The notes beneath the pieces are model-generated. The model had not been told where the DNA came from, did not search any database, and saw nothing but the letters and a program-made list of their open reading frames with translations. DNA of 61,890 bases, filler included, from Choristocarpus tenellus KU-1152 (taxonomy: Eukaryota; Protista; Phaeophyceae): NCBI GenBank assembly GCA_964200185.2. It is 14 parts of 14 records of this genome, joined end to end, with 100 filler letters (N's around TTAATTAATTAA, not from the genome) between each part and the next. Parts side by side here need not be neighbours in the genome. Positions count along the whole stretch, not along the records: positions 22,745 to 27,977 come from CAXNAD020011408.1; positions 28,078 to 32,626 come from CAXNAD020014046.1; positions 32,727 to 37,973 come from CAXNAD020011363.1; 11 more parts are not named here. The stretch is one strand, 5' to 3'. Below, in pieces: positions 23,557 through 36,409 of the stretch (position 1 is its first letter; each line of letters begins with the position of its first letter). Both the position numbers and the translations under genes were made by a program.

Positions 23557-24079
23557 GAATCGAACCTATTGAGAGACAGGTAGTTTTGGACCCTTTTGCA
23601 TTCTAAGCCATCTTTCTTACCCCTTGCAATACACTTTATTTCATTTGCTTTATGTACACAGAAGTATGAAAAAAATCGATATTCTCCCCTTCCACACACA
23701 AAGTGACGCCAAATTAGAGTCAAAGTATCTTAGAGGGTAAAGTCGCGTCCATTTGAACCTAAAATTCAATGTTACAATTTTGATGTAATTTTGATTATCG
23801 TGATTGTTAGGAAGTGTCAATATACCTGTTCCGGACAAACCCTTTCGTAATGTATGTATTTTACCTATTGCGAAACATATCGGAGTAGGAAAATGTCATA
23901 AAACACCTGTGGGAAGCCAAGCCCCAAACGAACAAATAGGGGGAAATTCGTACCCTCTAAGATACTTTCACTCATTAAGCAAAGGCTCGTTCTGCAATCG
24001 TATAAAATGACATCATTTTGCCCTTTCTTGGGATCCTTCAAATAATGCAGCCTTGCCTACCTCTCAGTTGATTTGTCTC
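23557..24079 (+). mobile_element. MITE family C containing a nested family A copy
   Basis: GAATCGAACCTATTGAGAG...CTACCTCTCAGTTGATTTGTCTC, interior TTTTGCATTCTAAGCCATCTTTCTT. TSD TTG. Confidence 0.8.
23717..23973 (-). mobile_element. MITE family A (nested in C)
   Basis: Both TIRs present. TSD ATTA. Confidence 0.95.
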
Positions 24080-24737
24080 TTGATTGATGTCAAAGTCGCC
24101 AACCTGATATATCTCCTTACCACAGATGGGGGAAAGGTATACGTGTTGTCGAGGGGTCAACCTGGCTCTGATTGGATATACTGGACGGAGACGAACTAGA
24201 GGATGGTGAGGAGGTATCCATGGATGAGGCACTTCCCTCCGGCCTGGGACAATTCGGACTGGAGCTCTCTGACTCCAAAGACTTGTCTGATCATGATAGG
24301 GAGTTGCGTACGTGGGATTTTTTTTTTTCATCAACTCCGATCTTCATCACGGTCCAAAGGGTATCGACCAGAAACACAGGGCTTTTTGAACCCAGAGTCG
24401 CTCGTTGAAACCACGAGTGAGATTTCCTAGAAATCGATATTTTGGTCATTGAGCCCTGCGAGATGAATCTGAACTGGAATTTTACCAGGCATACTGTAGT
24501 TTATTACTGGGGGGGGGGTGTTGAAATGAAGCCTTTTCTCACGTCGTGTCATACGTCTGCGCGGGCTCTGTTGGCGTTTCATGACTGATATTGAGCATTA
24601 TGTTATTTATTCTCATATTAAGTATTTTTCACCCCCTTGGAGTTCACGTCGGAAATGACGGACAAACGCACCACCACAAAGCCTCATTAATGACCAAGCA
24701 TTTTTTGAACTATTTCTAAACTCATTGGCATCATTAA

Positions 24738-24935
24738 GACCCAAAGTATCTGTGGTGCGTGCGTTTGTGCGTGTGTGTGTGTGTGTACACCAAGGTGTCC
24801 ATTTGGACCATAACCAGGAAAAGTGCACCTACATTATCCATTCGACGTATGCAAGCAAATCACCCAAAAATCATGACATAAAAAAATCGACCCCAAATGG
24901 ACAGCTGTCACATACCCCCCCATATACTTTGAGCC
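24738..24935. mobile_element. MITE family B variant
   Basis: GACCCAAAGTATCTG...ATACTTTGAGCC with internal GTCCATTTGG / CCAAATGGAC. TSD TAA. Confidence 0.75.
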
Positions 24936-25849
24936 TAATATAGAGAAATCTCAATCTGGGTTCAAAATGTCCTCTGTTCTGATCTGAGTTCCCGTTACAC
25001 ATTTAGACTTGGACTTTTCCTTCTTGGACATGGTTCTGCACACTGACTTGCCCTGGTTACCTGGTACATCCAGCACTTGGAGTCCCACTGTGTGATGCCA
25101 ATATCAATGGCTTTGATCTCTGAATCTGGGTCGTGATCGTAGTTGTGGGGTTATGACGTGAAGGAAGACAACAACAAGAAGAACAAGAACAGGAACAACT
25201 GAATTGAAAGCCAGCCAAGACTGCTGGCAACGACAGTCTCATGACAGTGTGTGTATGTGCACGAGCAAAGTGCGCACAGACAAATCCGAATTGGAAATGG
25301 AACAGAACAGATCCTCTTAACACTTCAGTTGGAACAGTAGACAACAAGACCCAAGCAAAGAGAATTGTTGGAGAGGATCTCAGACAGAGTATTAGTAGAG
25401 TTACACGTAAGAGAATTTCAACTGAACGTCTGTTTGATAATCAATGGGAGAAGTGTGGACATATCCCTTCACCTATCCCTTTACCTTCTCTCTACAACAA
25501 TAACACAATAAAAAATAAAAAACATTATTGTGGTGACGGGGAAGATGTTGAAGGGAGAGTAGAAGATTTTGGGGGTGTTTGTCTGGGTGGGAAAATTGGC
25601 ACTGATGGCTCGGCGAAGCACGCCGTCGGGCGATAGGAGGGGGACTGCCCTCTTTATAATTCCGTTGGTAGTCTTGGGTTTAGCAGTCTTCGTCGTGGCG
25701 CTCAACATCAGGTATGTGTTGTGAGAATTTGGAGACGATGGACTATTGGAGAGGTAGGGTGATAGTAGGGCGATGTGGGCAAAGTATAGTAGGTTATCTG
25801 TTACCCTCCCTTAGTTTTCTCTTGAGTGAGGTGTCACTCGAGGTAAGGA

Positions 25850-26270
25850 CGCTATTCCTGCCGCATGATCAATCCCCATAACCCTCCTTTGTGCAACATG
25901 TCTGGCAGGCACTACTCGTCGATGTGCGATGTGGAGACTGCTAGGGACGAGTCGTTGAATAGGGCTGCAATGGAGAGGCGCATCTGGGCCCTCGAGAAGG
26001 AGGTATTTCTTACCTCTCTCTAAAGATCCTATCTCTGTCATGGGCTTGGTGTCATCTCGGTTGTTCGGGAATGAGTTCAGTGATTGCTGAAGCGCAAGTA
26101 ACTTAACCCATTCCACCTCAGTGCCTGTGGTATATTTAACACGTATGTTGCTTTCTGTCGGGATCCTGGAGGCAATGGAAATACAAAAGTAATCAATATG
26201 AGTTGGAGATAGGAGTAGAGAGCAGGAGAAAAGAGGGCGCAACCAAATGTGGCTGATATATTCACTATAT
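25850..26270 (+). pseudogene. Highly decayed Ty1/copia RT-RNase H remnant
   Basis: LLGTSR*IGLQW, GVIS, GNTKVIN and VADIFT occur in the expected copia order across shifting frames. Confidence 0.35.
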
Positions 26271-28087
26271 AGTATCTAGGGACAAGTTGAATTGAGATCG
26301 AGGGAATATAAAGCATCAAAACGAAGGGCATTAGGTGTCCACCCCACTTGGTACATATACCCTGGCAATCGAGTGAAGTTAACGATAGTGATAATTGCAC
26401 CATGTGGTGAGTTAAACAGTTTGACCATGGAAGAGGCAGGTTGCTACGCTATTTATTTATATGATTGGCATCCTTTTCATACCATCAATCAAGTTTGTAC
26501 TATTTCCACCATGAACAGATTGCTATGTTTTTGTTATTTTACCTTTTTACTGTAGGAAATGCTGAAGAGTGCTCATTTTTTTTTGCTGCCTCCCCCACCT
26601 CTGATTTTGAACACTGAACCAAGCTATCAATCGCTTAGTTTATGTAAACAGCAATAGTAGAACATTTGTGATGAAGAAGAAGATCGCATTTTCCCTTCTC
26701 TCCTTATCTCTAATTGATACCCTTGCAACTCCTGCCCCTCTTCTATGTGCCCCCACCACCATCCCAATTCCGTGGATGTGACTGATAGCTCCTAGAAAAC
26801 AGCTTGTTGGTTGAGGGCATTGTACGTGAGTTGGACACCCTGTTTGGGGCATCTGAGGGCCTCAGCGTGACTGCATTGAAGATCCTGGCCCGAAATGTGA
26901 GAACCAGCACTCCCTCCTTCCCCACCCCACCCTATGTGTATCAATCTAGAGTTGAGGAAACCCTAACCCCAACCCTGACCCTAACCCTAACCTCAACCCT
27001 CTTGAATGATATTTTTTTTCCTACTTTTTTGTTGTACCAAGTCTTGCCTATTCACTGTCTACGCCTTTCCGTATTCTTTCCTTGTGGATCATACCATGTC
27101 TGGTAAGTTGTACCATAATGAAAATCTAGAATGTTATCATGAAATATGATTTGTATTGTTTTTATCATGTAAGGTTAGGGGGGCAGGGGGCAAGTTGCAA
27201 AGTGCTCCACACGTACAACAACAGAATATCCCATATGCTTAATTCAGCAGTATCGAATGATATGCATTGACAGAGGTCTTGTCAGTACTTGGGACCATAA
27301 TATCGCTAATAGTATTATTGCACTAGTACAAAGTAGTATTGCCGTCTGAAAATGAGCAAGATACTTAGATGGTTTTAGTTGTCTCTGCTCTCACTTTGAT
27401 TTGACCAATTGTTACCCATTGCATACTCTCCGACCTAAGAATCATACTGTTGTTTCATGTCTTCTTGCTTGGATCTCTGTTGGAGTACGCATGCATACAT
27501 TTTAGATGTATTCCTTAACGCCTCTCCCACTCCCTACCACTGTTGGTGTCATCATTGCTTTTGTATAGGATGCAGGTGAAGTAGGTAATCATCGTGGAGC
27601 ACAGCCCCCTCCCCCCATGCCCTCTTATGTTCTTTACTGGCCTGTAGGTGCCGAATGTGTGCAGAAAACGCCTGCTATTTGTGCGTCTAGATGTATGTTG
27701 TTGGTGTGATCATAATAGCAAAACCCAATACACTGTAAATATATATATTTTTTATTTAAGAAGCGAGAAGGGTGATTTTTATTTAATTTATGATTATCAT
27801 CTTCGATCACTTAAGGTTAGGGTAGGCGATGAATGATTGAGGTGTTACAACTTAGACTTGATACCTTCTTTTTTTTCACCCTGCAAGCGAAGGTGGGGGT
27901 AGAGTTTGTTTTTTTTTTGGGGGGGGGGGGAGGAGGGGGGGGGTGGGAGCTGACTTTTACAGTATACCTCAATATATNNNNNNNNNNNNNNNNNNNNNNN
28001 NNNNNNNNNNNNNNNNNNNNNTTAATTAATTAANNNNNNNNNNNNNNNNNNNNNNNNNNNNNNNNNNNNNNNNNNNNGGGGGGGGGG

Positions 28088-28139
<52 letters not shown>

Positions 28140-29900
28140 ATGAGATTGACATGACAAGTGTTGATGAACTAGTAATAAGATTCTTTTTTTTTTCTTGCAA
28201 CCCACCCAACGCCCACAGTAGCAGGTTCAAAATCACTGTGATGACCTAACCCTAACCCTAACCCATAAACGCTATGTCATCCCTACAAAAACTGTGTCGA
28301 TCAACCAACACAACAAAAAATAAATAAAAAGGTGGCTGCTACGTAGCTATCAGCTCAAAAAACAAAAAGTACAGTTGAGTTCTGAGCTCTGGATCCTGTA
28401 TCCCACCCCCTTTTAATCCCCCCTTTCCCCGTTCCTTGCAGGTTGGAAACAGAGGTTGAATGTTCTTCAGTCTCACTCTCTCTTCTATCTCAGGCTTTGC
28501 CTCAACACCTTCAAAACACCTGTGAAGTCTGTGCCCGGCCTGCAAGGCGTTTTGGTGCATTAAAAAACGGGTTTGTGCTGCAGGCTGTAAGTAATAGATA
28601 AAACGGAATAAGAATGTAACAATAATAATAATAATAATGAAAGAATATATATACAGCTAGAGAAAAAAAAATACATATATTACACACAAAGAAAGAAACG
28701 ACAGAAACGGATAATATTTTGAGGAGCTTAACTAAACATGCATTGATTTTAACAAAGAATGGTAAAATAGCTCCAATTAAGCACAGGTACTGTGACATGT
28801 AACAGTTACGTAACCCAAGGCACATCAACATTACAACTACCGGCGATTTTTTTAGACATAACTACTTGTGTGTGCTCCCAAGGTTTGCACCCAAAAGGGA
28901 AAAATAAGGCCCCAACCTTAAACCCTCTTTCTGAAAATGCTGCTGTGTTTCAACATCACTGATGTAGGAAAGTGGCAACAGAATCTCCACAAAGAATCCC
29001 CACAAAGAAGATAAAAAAGAAGACACCACTGACAAATGCAACAGGTATAGTGAAAAATGTGTGTCAGAACATTTACCCATTACTGGAGAAAATAATGGGA
29101 AGATACATTCGTAAGCTCAGGAAGGAGCCGACTCGGATCACACTCTCCATAAAGAATACTTCTCGCTATGTAAGTTACCGTAGTTTGTCAGATGGGGCAC
29201 CACACCCTCTCCCACTTCGGATAAAAGCTAGAACTCATTTGTGGGAGTGTGGGACATTTGAAGGCAATGGACAACGGTATTGAGCATAGTGAAAAAGGTT
29301 TTGTAGATGGGGAGGGTGGGTGCTTGCTGCCACCCTGAAACCTTCTCAGCATCATCCCCAATCGCAATTCAACTCTCTTCTGCGATTCCATTCCCCTCTG
29401 AGATAGTCCAGTCTACAGTGGAAATACCTACCAGCTTAAAGATCAAGGGGTACGACGAAGAGACCGACCTGCCACTTGCGAGTTTTCGTTCGAAGCCACA
29501 TTTCTGGGGTACGGCATTGATGAGTGCTTCCCTGTTGTGCCCGCAGCTTCTCCTCAAGCGCTCAAGCCCGAGCCCAAACTATTATTAAAATATGGTAAAA
29601 AAAGGATCGCCGGACTCGGAGGTCAGGCGTGTAAGGGTCGGAGTCGCGCCAGGGTCCCAACAAACGAGACCCCAGTGAATGGGACTAGACAAGGTGGCCG
29701 CGGATGACGCTCGAGGATGGAATAGAATAAAACCCATAGACATGACGGTAAATATGGTCACGCCTAAATCGGTCATAGGAGTTTGCGCATGAACGTCATC
29801 GCCTGATAACAATTTCGTTGGTCGGGGAAGTCCCTCATGGTTAAAAGTAGAAACACAAAAAGGGGTCCGAGGGGATAACGACCCATGCCATCAGAGACAG

Positions 29901-30340
29901 TTACCTCCTACTCCGCTTCCTGTCTCGTTCCCCCCTCCCACGGCTTCTGCTGCGCTTTGACCTCTCCTTCTCTCGGCCTTTGTCGTTGTCTTCGTCCTTG
30001 GAGCTCCTTTTCTTGTCCGTGTTCTGGTCCGTTACACGTTCCTCGTTTTCATTTTCCTCAACTTCCTCTTCCTCCATCTGTTCCAGTCCCTCTTCTTCAT
30101 CTCTCCCACCCTCGCCACCCTCAACATCTTCTCCTCTGTTGTTTTCCTCCTTTCCCTCCTCATCACTTCCACTCTCGCTACTATCACTACTGTCACTGTC
30201 ACTCCCACTCTCCATCCCGCTCTCCTCCTTCACCTCCATATCACCACTCATAAACTCTCTGCGTATGGGCCCTGGTCCCGATTTAACACCCTCCACCTGC
30301 GCATCAAGGAATGCGTCCACGTCGTCCGTGAGAACTGGCA
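29901..30340 (-). CDS. Acidic, Ser/Arg-rich low-complexity coding segment (probable exon)
   Basis: MPVLTDDVDAFLDAQVEG..., then a D/E/S tract and a basic RS tail. Further open frames follow on the same strand to about 29370. Confidence 0.4.
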
Positions 30341-30959
30341 TGGTCGTAACCACCTCCACCAGATTCAGTGTTTTGATCTTGTGACCTGTGGAAGGTTGTG
30401 GATTAGTATGGATCAAATACCATTGACGTCATTATAATTCGTATATTCCACTATACATCTACTATATTCGTCAAGAAAATAAAAGAAAGGAAAGAGAGAC
30501 AATCAAGTTATATTTTATTCTGACATTTTTTAATCATTTTCTTCGGTTTTCCCTTCACAAATCTGGAAAATGTCAAAGGGAAAAATAATAATATAATATC
30601 AGGTACAATGTTGAGATGATTTTATTATATTCTGTGACATCTTCTAGATGTGTGAGGGGAAAAGTCTAACCAATATAATATAATGACTTCACTAAAACTA
30701 AGTGGTAATAGTTTGTAAGACTAGTTGTAAATGTAAAAGATATCTCTCTAAGATCCATACATAATTTTATTATTATGCCCTCTGACATTTTCTAGATGTG
30801 TCAGGGTGGGAATGGGAAACAAATGAAAACTATACACATGCGTCAGTATAAGCCCTAATGAAATAAAACATCATAAATGTGAAAAACCCTAACCCATTTG
30901 TTACGTTACCACTGTCGATGTTGTACTACTGCCTTCCTGTGTCTCCAATCTCCCTACTC

Positions 30960-31535
30960 CTGCACCCCGGGGGGAGGAGCTAGGGAGGCATCCCAAGAAT
31001 CCAATAAACCCCTCCATGCCCATCTCCCTGGTGATTCCAGCATAAAACGCATGACACGTCTAGACAGTGTCACTTGCGTAGTTACCGAGACAATTTGGCG
31101 TAGGCCAGGATTTAACTACTCCTTTCCTGCTATATCCTCCAGTTCCTCTCCCCCCTACCATGTGATTAGCCAGCTCATCCAGGAAGCATTCTGCTTGCTT
31201 GGCGAGGCGCCCAAAACTTTCCACCGCGAAGGTGTTGAGGTTTTGACTACGAGGATCAAAGGAGCCCTCGTAGTGGGTGCGCTTTCGCGCCTCGGCTGAA
31301 GCAGTATCTACACCATTGCTGGTGGATGAGTGGGTAAGGTTGGAGGTTGCCTGTACCTCTGCGAAGGTGACATCTAGGAGAAGGCCTTTGTTCCTGTAGG
31401 GGGCTGTTACCGCGCCCGCCAGTGTCCCTGCGTGGAACATCAGATCCATCCGGAGATTCCTGTCCAGTGTGAAAGGGCTACCGTCCTCAATAGTGCAAGG
31501 GGTGCCCATCCCCTCGCATAGTTGGCGCAGGCGTT
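30960..31535 (-). mobile_element. 5'-truncated RLE-type non-LTR retrotransposon (endonuclease domain)
   Basis: LRMDL...LLLDVT...AEARKRTHY...TFAVESFGRL...FLDELA, then after a frameshift QIVSVTTQVTLSRRV. This is the restriction-like endonuclease tail of CRE/R2-group elements. Confidence 0.85.
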
Positions 31536-31739
31536 TCGTGTTTCAAGTGTGCTGTCGTACCTGTAGATCACGAATCTAAAATAGTTTTTTTCAAAATGAA
31601 CATGTTATAAATGTATGGGGAGGATCTGTTTTGTCACATACTATGGAGTGTTTGATATTGAAACTCACAGAGTGTATCATTGAACGTTACTTTTGCGAGG
31701 CAAGAGTGGAAGATACGCTTCCACCACAGAAAGAGGCCG

Positions 31740-31940
31740 CAGGAGGGCATCCCCGAGCATCAGTGGAATAGAATCCAACCCAGCATGTTCATACTCGCTT
31801 CCTTTATCTTCATATGGATCATTTTGAATAGAATGTTGAATGTGCACAGACTGAGTCACAGCTGCCAAGACCAACTAGACAAGGTGCTTGAGCCCACATT
31901 TGTCAAACTCTTGGTTCCAGAACTCAGAGCAAAAGCAACA
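31740..31940 (-). pseudogene. Possible hAT C-terminal dimerisation domain remnant
   Basis: EFWNQ...LKHLV*LVLAAVTQS../LFKMIHMK resembles FW...L..LA..VL...S...IHTK. Confidence 0.35.
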
Positions 31941-32117
31941 GGAGGCTGCGACAGTTGGACCCAGTATAATTCTTCTGAAAAACTGATATGGTGTGATTGG
32001 CTAAACCTCTGGATAGTGATCAGCAGCAACTCCAACAGTAAGTTGTTCAGTCGGCACCTGCGTACTTCACTAATAAACTCCCCGTTCAAGAAATTTCACC
32101 CAAATAGAATGTCAGCT

Positions 32118-32375
32118 GAGTAATAGTAACTTAGAGGGTACGAGTTTTGCCCTGTTTGTCCATTTAGGATTTGGCTTTCCAAGTTTTTTTTTGTGACATT
32201 TTCCTACTCCAAAATGTTTCTCAGTAGATAAAATATATACGATATGAAAAGGTGTGTCCAAAACAAGGGTACTGACACTTCCTAACAATCACGATAGACA
32301 AAATTACATCAAAATCTCTGCATTGGATTTTGGCCCCAAATGGACGCGGCCCCACCCTCTAAGACACTTTGGCTC
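32118..32375 (+). mobile_element. MITE family A
   Basis: Both TIRs present, slightly decayed. TSD AGCT. Confidence 0.92.
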
Positions 32376-32409
32376 AGCTGTCTGCACTCACAGTGAAGTT
32401 ATCGTGCAA

Positions 32410-32554
32410 GAGCCAAACCAATTGAAAGGTAGCCAGGTTTCAACTCTTTTGCATTCTAAGCCATCTTTCTTGCCCCGGGCAATACACTCTATTTCATGTC
32501 TTCACGTCCACAGCAGTGTACACAAAATCGATATCCCTCCTTTCCACGCACAAA
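32410..32554 (+). mobile_element. MITE family C, left part (interrupted by A)
   Basis: GAGCCAAACCAATTGAAAGGTAG...TTTTGCATTCTAAGCCATCTTTCTT. Confidence 0.78.
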
Positions 32555-32626
32555 GAGTCAAAGTATCTTAGAGGGTAGAGCCGCGTCCATTTAGTGGCCA
32601 TAATCCAATGTTGCGATTCTGATGTC
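32555..32626 (-). mobile_element. MITE family A (nested in C, truncated by contig end)
   Basis: GAGTCAAAGTATCTTAGAGGGTAGAGCCGCGTCCATTT. Confidence 0.88.
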
Positions 32627-32726
32627 NNNNNNNNNNNNNNNNNNNNNNNNNNNNNNNNNNNNNNNNNNNNTTAATTAATTAANNNNNNNNNNNNNNNNNN
32701 NNNNNNNNNNNNNNNNNNNNNNNNNN

Positions 32727-32752
32727 CACCCCCACCCCAGATACTTTGACCC
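32727..32752. mobile_element. MITE family B right end (contig start)
   Basis: CCCCAGATACTTTGACCC. Confidence 0.78.
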
Positions 32753-34513
32753 AGGTCACTCGGTGTGAGTATAACTTTAGAATTGCACAAAAATATAGTA
32801 ACTGCTGCTGTCTACGCTATACTCGTAACATTATTCACTCACATGCAGTGCTTCAGGGGTATCTCCCACTCATCCGTACAACCAAACCAACACTACCAGC
32901 ACAAATCCTCTTCCCTCTTCTCTTTCTATCCGTGTCTCCCCCAGGAAAAAAAGAGATATATAGCATTACAACTAGTACGTTTTCTGATACATATACTCAA
33001 CAAAACAATAGTCCTATTCAGACATGTAGACATGGGTCACTTTGATTCGTCACCATATCAACACTGATACAGTAGTAGCGCACATCATATCTCCCCCTTA
33101 TTCCCTGCCTGTCCCCAACAAAAAGTCTTACATTGGCTAAATTCTGCTTTGATGCTTATGGAAAATAATGGTGTATGGCATGTCATACAAACAATGGGTC
33201 ATTTGATAATGGTATGTCTTGGTCGTTCAACGGGATAACGTCAACACATAACTGATGATGAATCATTGCAAGTCTACACAAGAAGTTCGAGCTTGGGTGA
33301 CACTACAGCGATATGACTGACTGGAATCGCTTGATTTCCCAAACATGAACTCACAATTAATTGAAGTGACGACCAATATGTTCCAGTGTTGTTGTGAATC
33401 GAAAGAAGTGTACATCAACTATCATTGATATATTTTTCCAGCACCGACACATGCAGATATTGCTGAGAGGGTATCAACACTATGTTTACACGCTCGAATG
33501 TCAAGTCAATATTTTCGTTCCTCGTCTTGATAACTACAAGGGATGGGTCATCATCACATCTCCTGGTTGTCCCAAATTCCTCTACGTTTACACCCTCAAT
33601 ACTGGGATCATATGTAATCAGCCATACTGTCCCTGTCAAGAGGAATTAGGAAGTACAGAAGACGATTGAACCAGGATGGAACAGTTTGGGAAACTACTCT
33701 GGTCTATGCATATATGTGATCATGAAGAGTATTGAGTTTATGCAACTGCTCTATTGCACAACCCATTTCCTCACATTGCATACACATAGGCCACAGTGCC
33801 ACACTCAAATCAACCCAAATCAAGAGTCTGGAAGTGGTGAGAGCTGATCTTCAGTGGCAAATCAAGGAAACCTGGGATGCGCATGGGGGTGTATTTTCTA
33901 AGGTAGTTCATCGTGGCAAGTCTTCAATACTACCAAGATATTTTTCATGGGCAACAAGAAAGCGTGTATAGGCACGAGGAAAAGATTACCTGTAGAATCT
34001 CCACAAACTAGAACTATAGGACGACTGGCACTTTCACCTAGTATCAATGATCTCCTCAGAGCTTCTCGGTTGTGCTGTGCAGAGTACAAGGGGTGTGGGA
34101 AGGGCAATGTTTCATCAATGTTCGTGTCCTTTGTGGTGAGACCCGTGTGATTTACAGATGGATCCACTCTCCTCCCTCGTCAATCCACTGTGCTATGGAA
34201 TGACAAGGAGGCTACCTCAACTCACCAAATGGGCCTTCTCCAAGCTGACAATAGGTTGGTGCTTAGCCTTGGTGGTGGATAGCCCAGGTATAATGACGTT
34301 GTGAGGTGTGTTGGGGAAGAGAACCGGAATACAAATTGAGAACTAAGAAGTCTACACCCTGGGGGGTCTTTCTCTTTTCGGTTAGTGATGGCTCTATACT
34401 GTTGAAGTGGTGTTATGTTGCAAAGGACTGCTTTTCCTCGGCCTTTTGAACAATTTTTCATAGTATCATTCCCCTATGCATCATAAATCAAATCTCGGTT
34501 GAAATGCGGCATT

Positions 34514-35019
34514 GAGTCGAATCAATGAGAGGTAGGCAAAGAGTCAAATTGTCTTAGAGGGTAGAGCCGTATCTGTTTAGGGGCAAAAATCCAATGTGAC
34601 GATTTTGATGCAATTTTGACTATCATGCTTGTTAGGACGTAGTGCCAGTATCCTTGCTCTGGCACACCTTTTCATAATATACATTTTACGTACTTCGAAA
34701 CTTTCGTAGTAGAAAAATGTCATAAAAAACCCATTAGAAGTCAAGTCCGAAACGGACAAACAGGGCAATACTCATGCCCTCTAAGATACTTTCACTCAAA
34801 GTTGCATTTTAAGGATCCCGAGAAAGGGCGAAAATATGCCACTTTGTATGATGGCGGAAAGAGCCTTTGCTGAATTATGGTGTCGCTTTGATTGCAGAAA
34901 GGAGGAACACCGATTTTGTGTACATAAAGCAATGAAATAGGGCATATAGTACAGGGTAAGAAATATGACTTAGAATGCAAAATGGTCCAAACCTGCCTTC
35001 CTCTCGAAAGGTTTGGATC
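34514..35019 (-). mobile_element. MITE family C containing a nested family A copy
   Basis: GAGTCGAATCAATGAGAGGTAGGCA...TGCCTTCCTCTCGAAAGGTTTGGATC. TSD ATT. Confidence 0.8.
34541..34797 (-). mobile_element. MITE family A (nested in C)
   Basis: Both TIRs present. Flanks share AAA. Confidence 0.92.
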
Positions 35020-36284
35020 ATTACTAATTGCTGCGTTTTGTTCTTCGAAATGATAGGCACTAGTGAAACTTACACTCTAACCTGCTGACTGGACGAGGGC
35101 TGCATGTAACTGTTGTGGTTTGCTAGTTTATATTTTATTGCACAATCTTTGTCTTGAGTAGGCTATCTTCATACAACAGTTGTAGTGTACTGAGTGTTAT
35201 TAAAAGCCTTTAACTCCCAATAATTGGAGTAGACTTCTCGTATACCTGCCCCTGTTGGGAATGTTTAGTGTATGCGAAAGTTGCATTCTAGCCTTAGGGT
35301 TGGAGTTGGTATGGGAAGGAAAGGAAAACTATAATCACACATGCTGATCTCCCTGGGGGCGATCACTACCAGTTACCTTCATTATATTACTCAGGAAAGC
35401 TGATCCCGGATACTATAATTCATAGGAAGGAGTCGCTAGAGTTGGGTATAGACTGAGGACACACGGTGGCAGTGGCATATGTTTAATTAACACTGGTATA
35501 CAAGTGGTTGCTGAATTATGGTACTTAATACTCTGGGTGGTTATCCGACAATTGTGTTTGTACAACGTGAGAATGATGAAGCCTATGGAGAGGAGGGGTG
35601 AGTGGGTGAGGATCGAGGTGTGAGGAGGGTTGATAAAAAGAGAGATAGGAGAGAAGGCACATGGAATAAACCAGAAAAGACAACTAGAAGAGAGGTCATC
35701 AAGAAGAGCAAGGCACAGGTCATTACGTGCAGGAAAGTGCAAAGTTTTTGTAATTGAAAGCTCGTTGGGGGGGGTGGTTTGTTGAGAACCCCCCCCTGAG
35801 TCTGTGGTGAATACGATGTGCTTGTACACTGGAAATAAATGACTTGATGTGATTATATGTATGTTATTATAGTTTTATAGTAAACTTTAGAAGGGGTGTA
35901 GTACGGAAAGGTGTGGATTTCGGCACATCAACCTGGTCGTACACATGGCGAAGATGGCGGATTAGGCGTGGCTTCTTCCCAAGCCTGACAAACAGGCAGC
36001 TAAGACAGAGGTGAGGGTTGGGCAAGAAGAGGGAATAGAAGCAAGTCATCATGTGGCCCAGTCGTGCCGAACCTAACTTGTCCCGTTCCCCTCGAGTCTG
36101 GTCTTGCCCAATTTAGGAATACACATATTCCAACAATTGAAAAGGGTCCGCGAGATGATTGATCTTCATTTTGGCACTCAGTGCTTCAAACAACGAATTT
36201 CGTTCAAAGTAGCCCTGCAGCAAGAATTATTGGACAATTTGAGTATTGTTGGCAGCAACCTATCTTTTTCTGGTGCAAGGATCT

Positions 36285-36409
36285 GGCTCAAAGTATCTGG
36301 GAGGGGGTGGCGGCTGTCCATTTGGGGTCAATTTTTTCATGTCGCGATTTTTGTTCCAAATAGCCCCCCTGGTCTGGCCCCCCCCCCCCCCTCCCAGATA
36401 CTTTGGGTC
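36285..36409. mobile_element. MITE family B variant (short)
   Basis: GGCTCAAAGTATCTGGGAGGGGG...CCCTCCCAGATACTTTGGGTC. TSD TCT. Confidence 0.85.

Noticed and set aside
28078-28138. Long poly-G and poly-Pro ORF (also 44397-44441, 58840-58873, and poly-A at 58398-58454)
   Set aside because: Homopolymer tracts, mostly at contig edges, with unreliable lengths; not coding.
29980-30384. Ser/Leu-rich plus-strand ORFs
   Set aside because: Antisense shadows of the acidic minus-strand frame.
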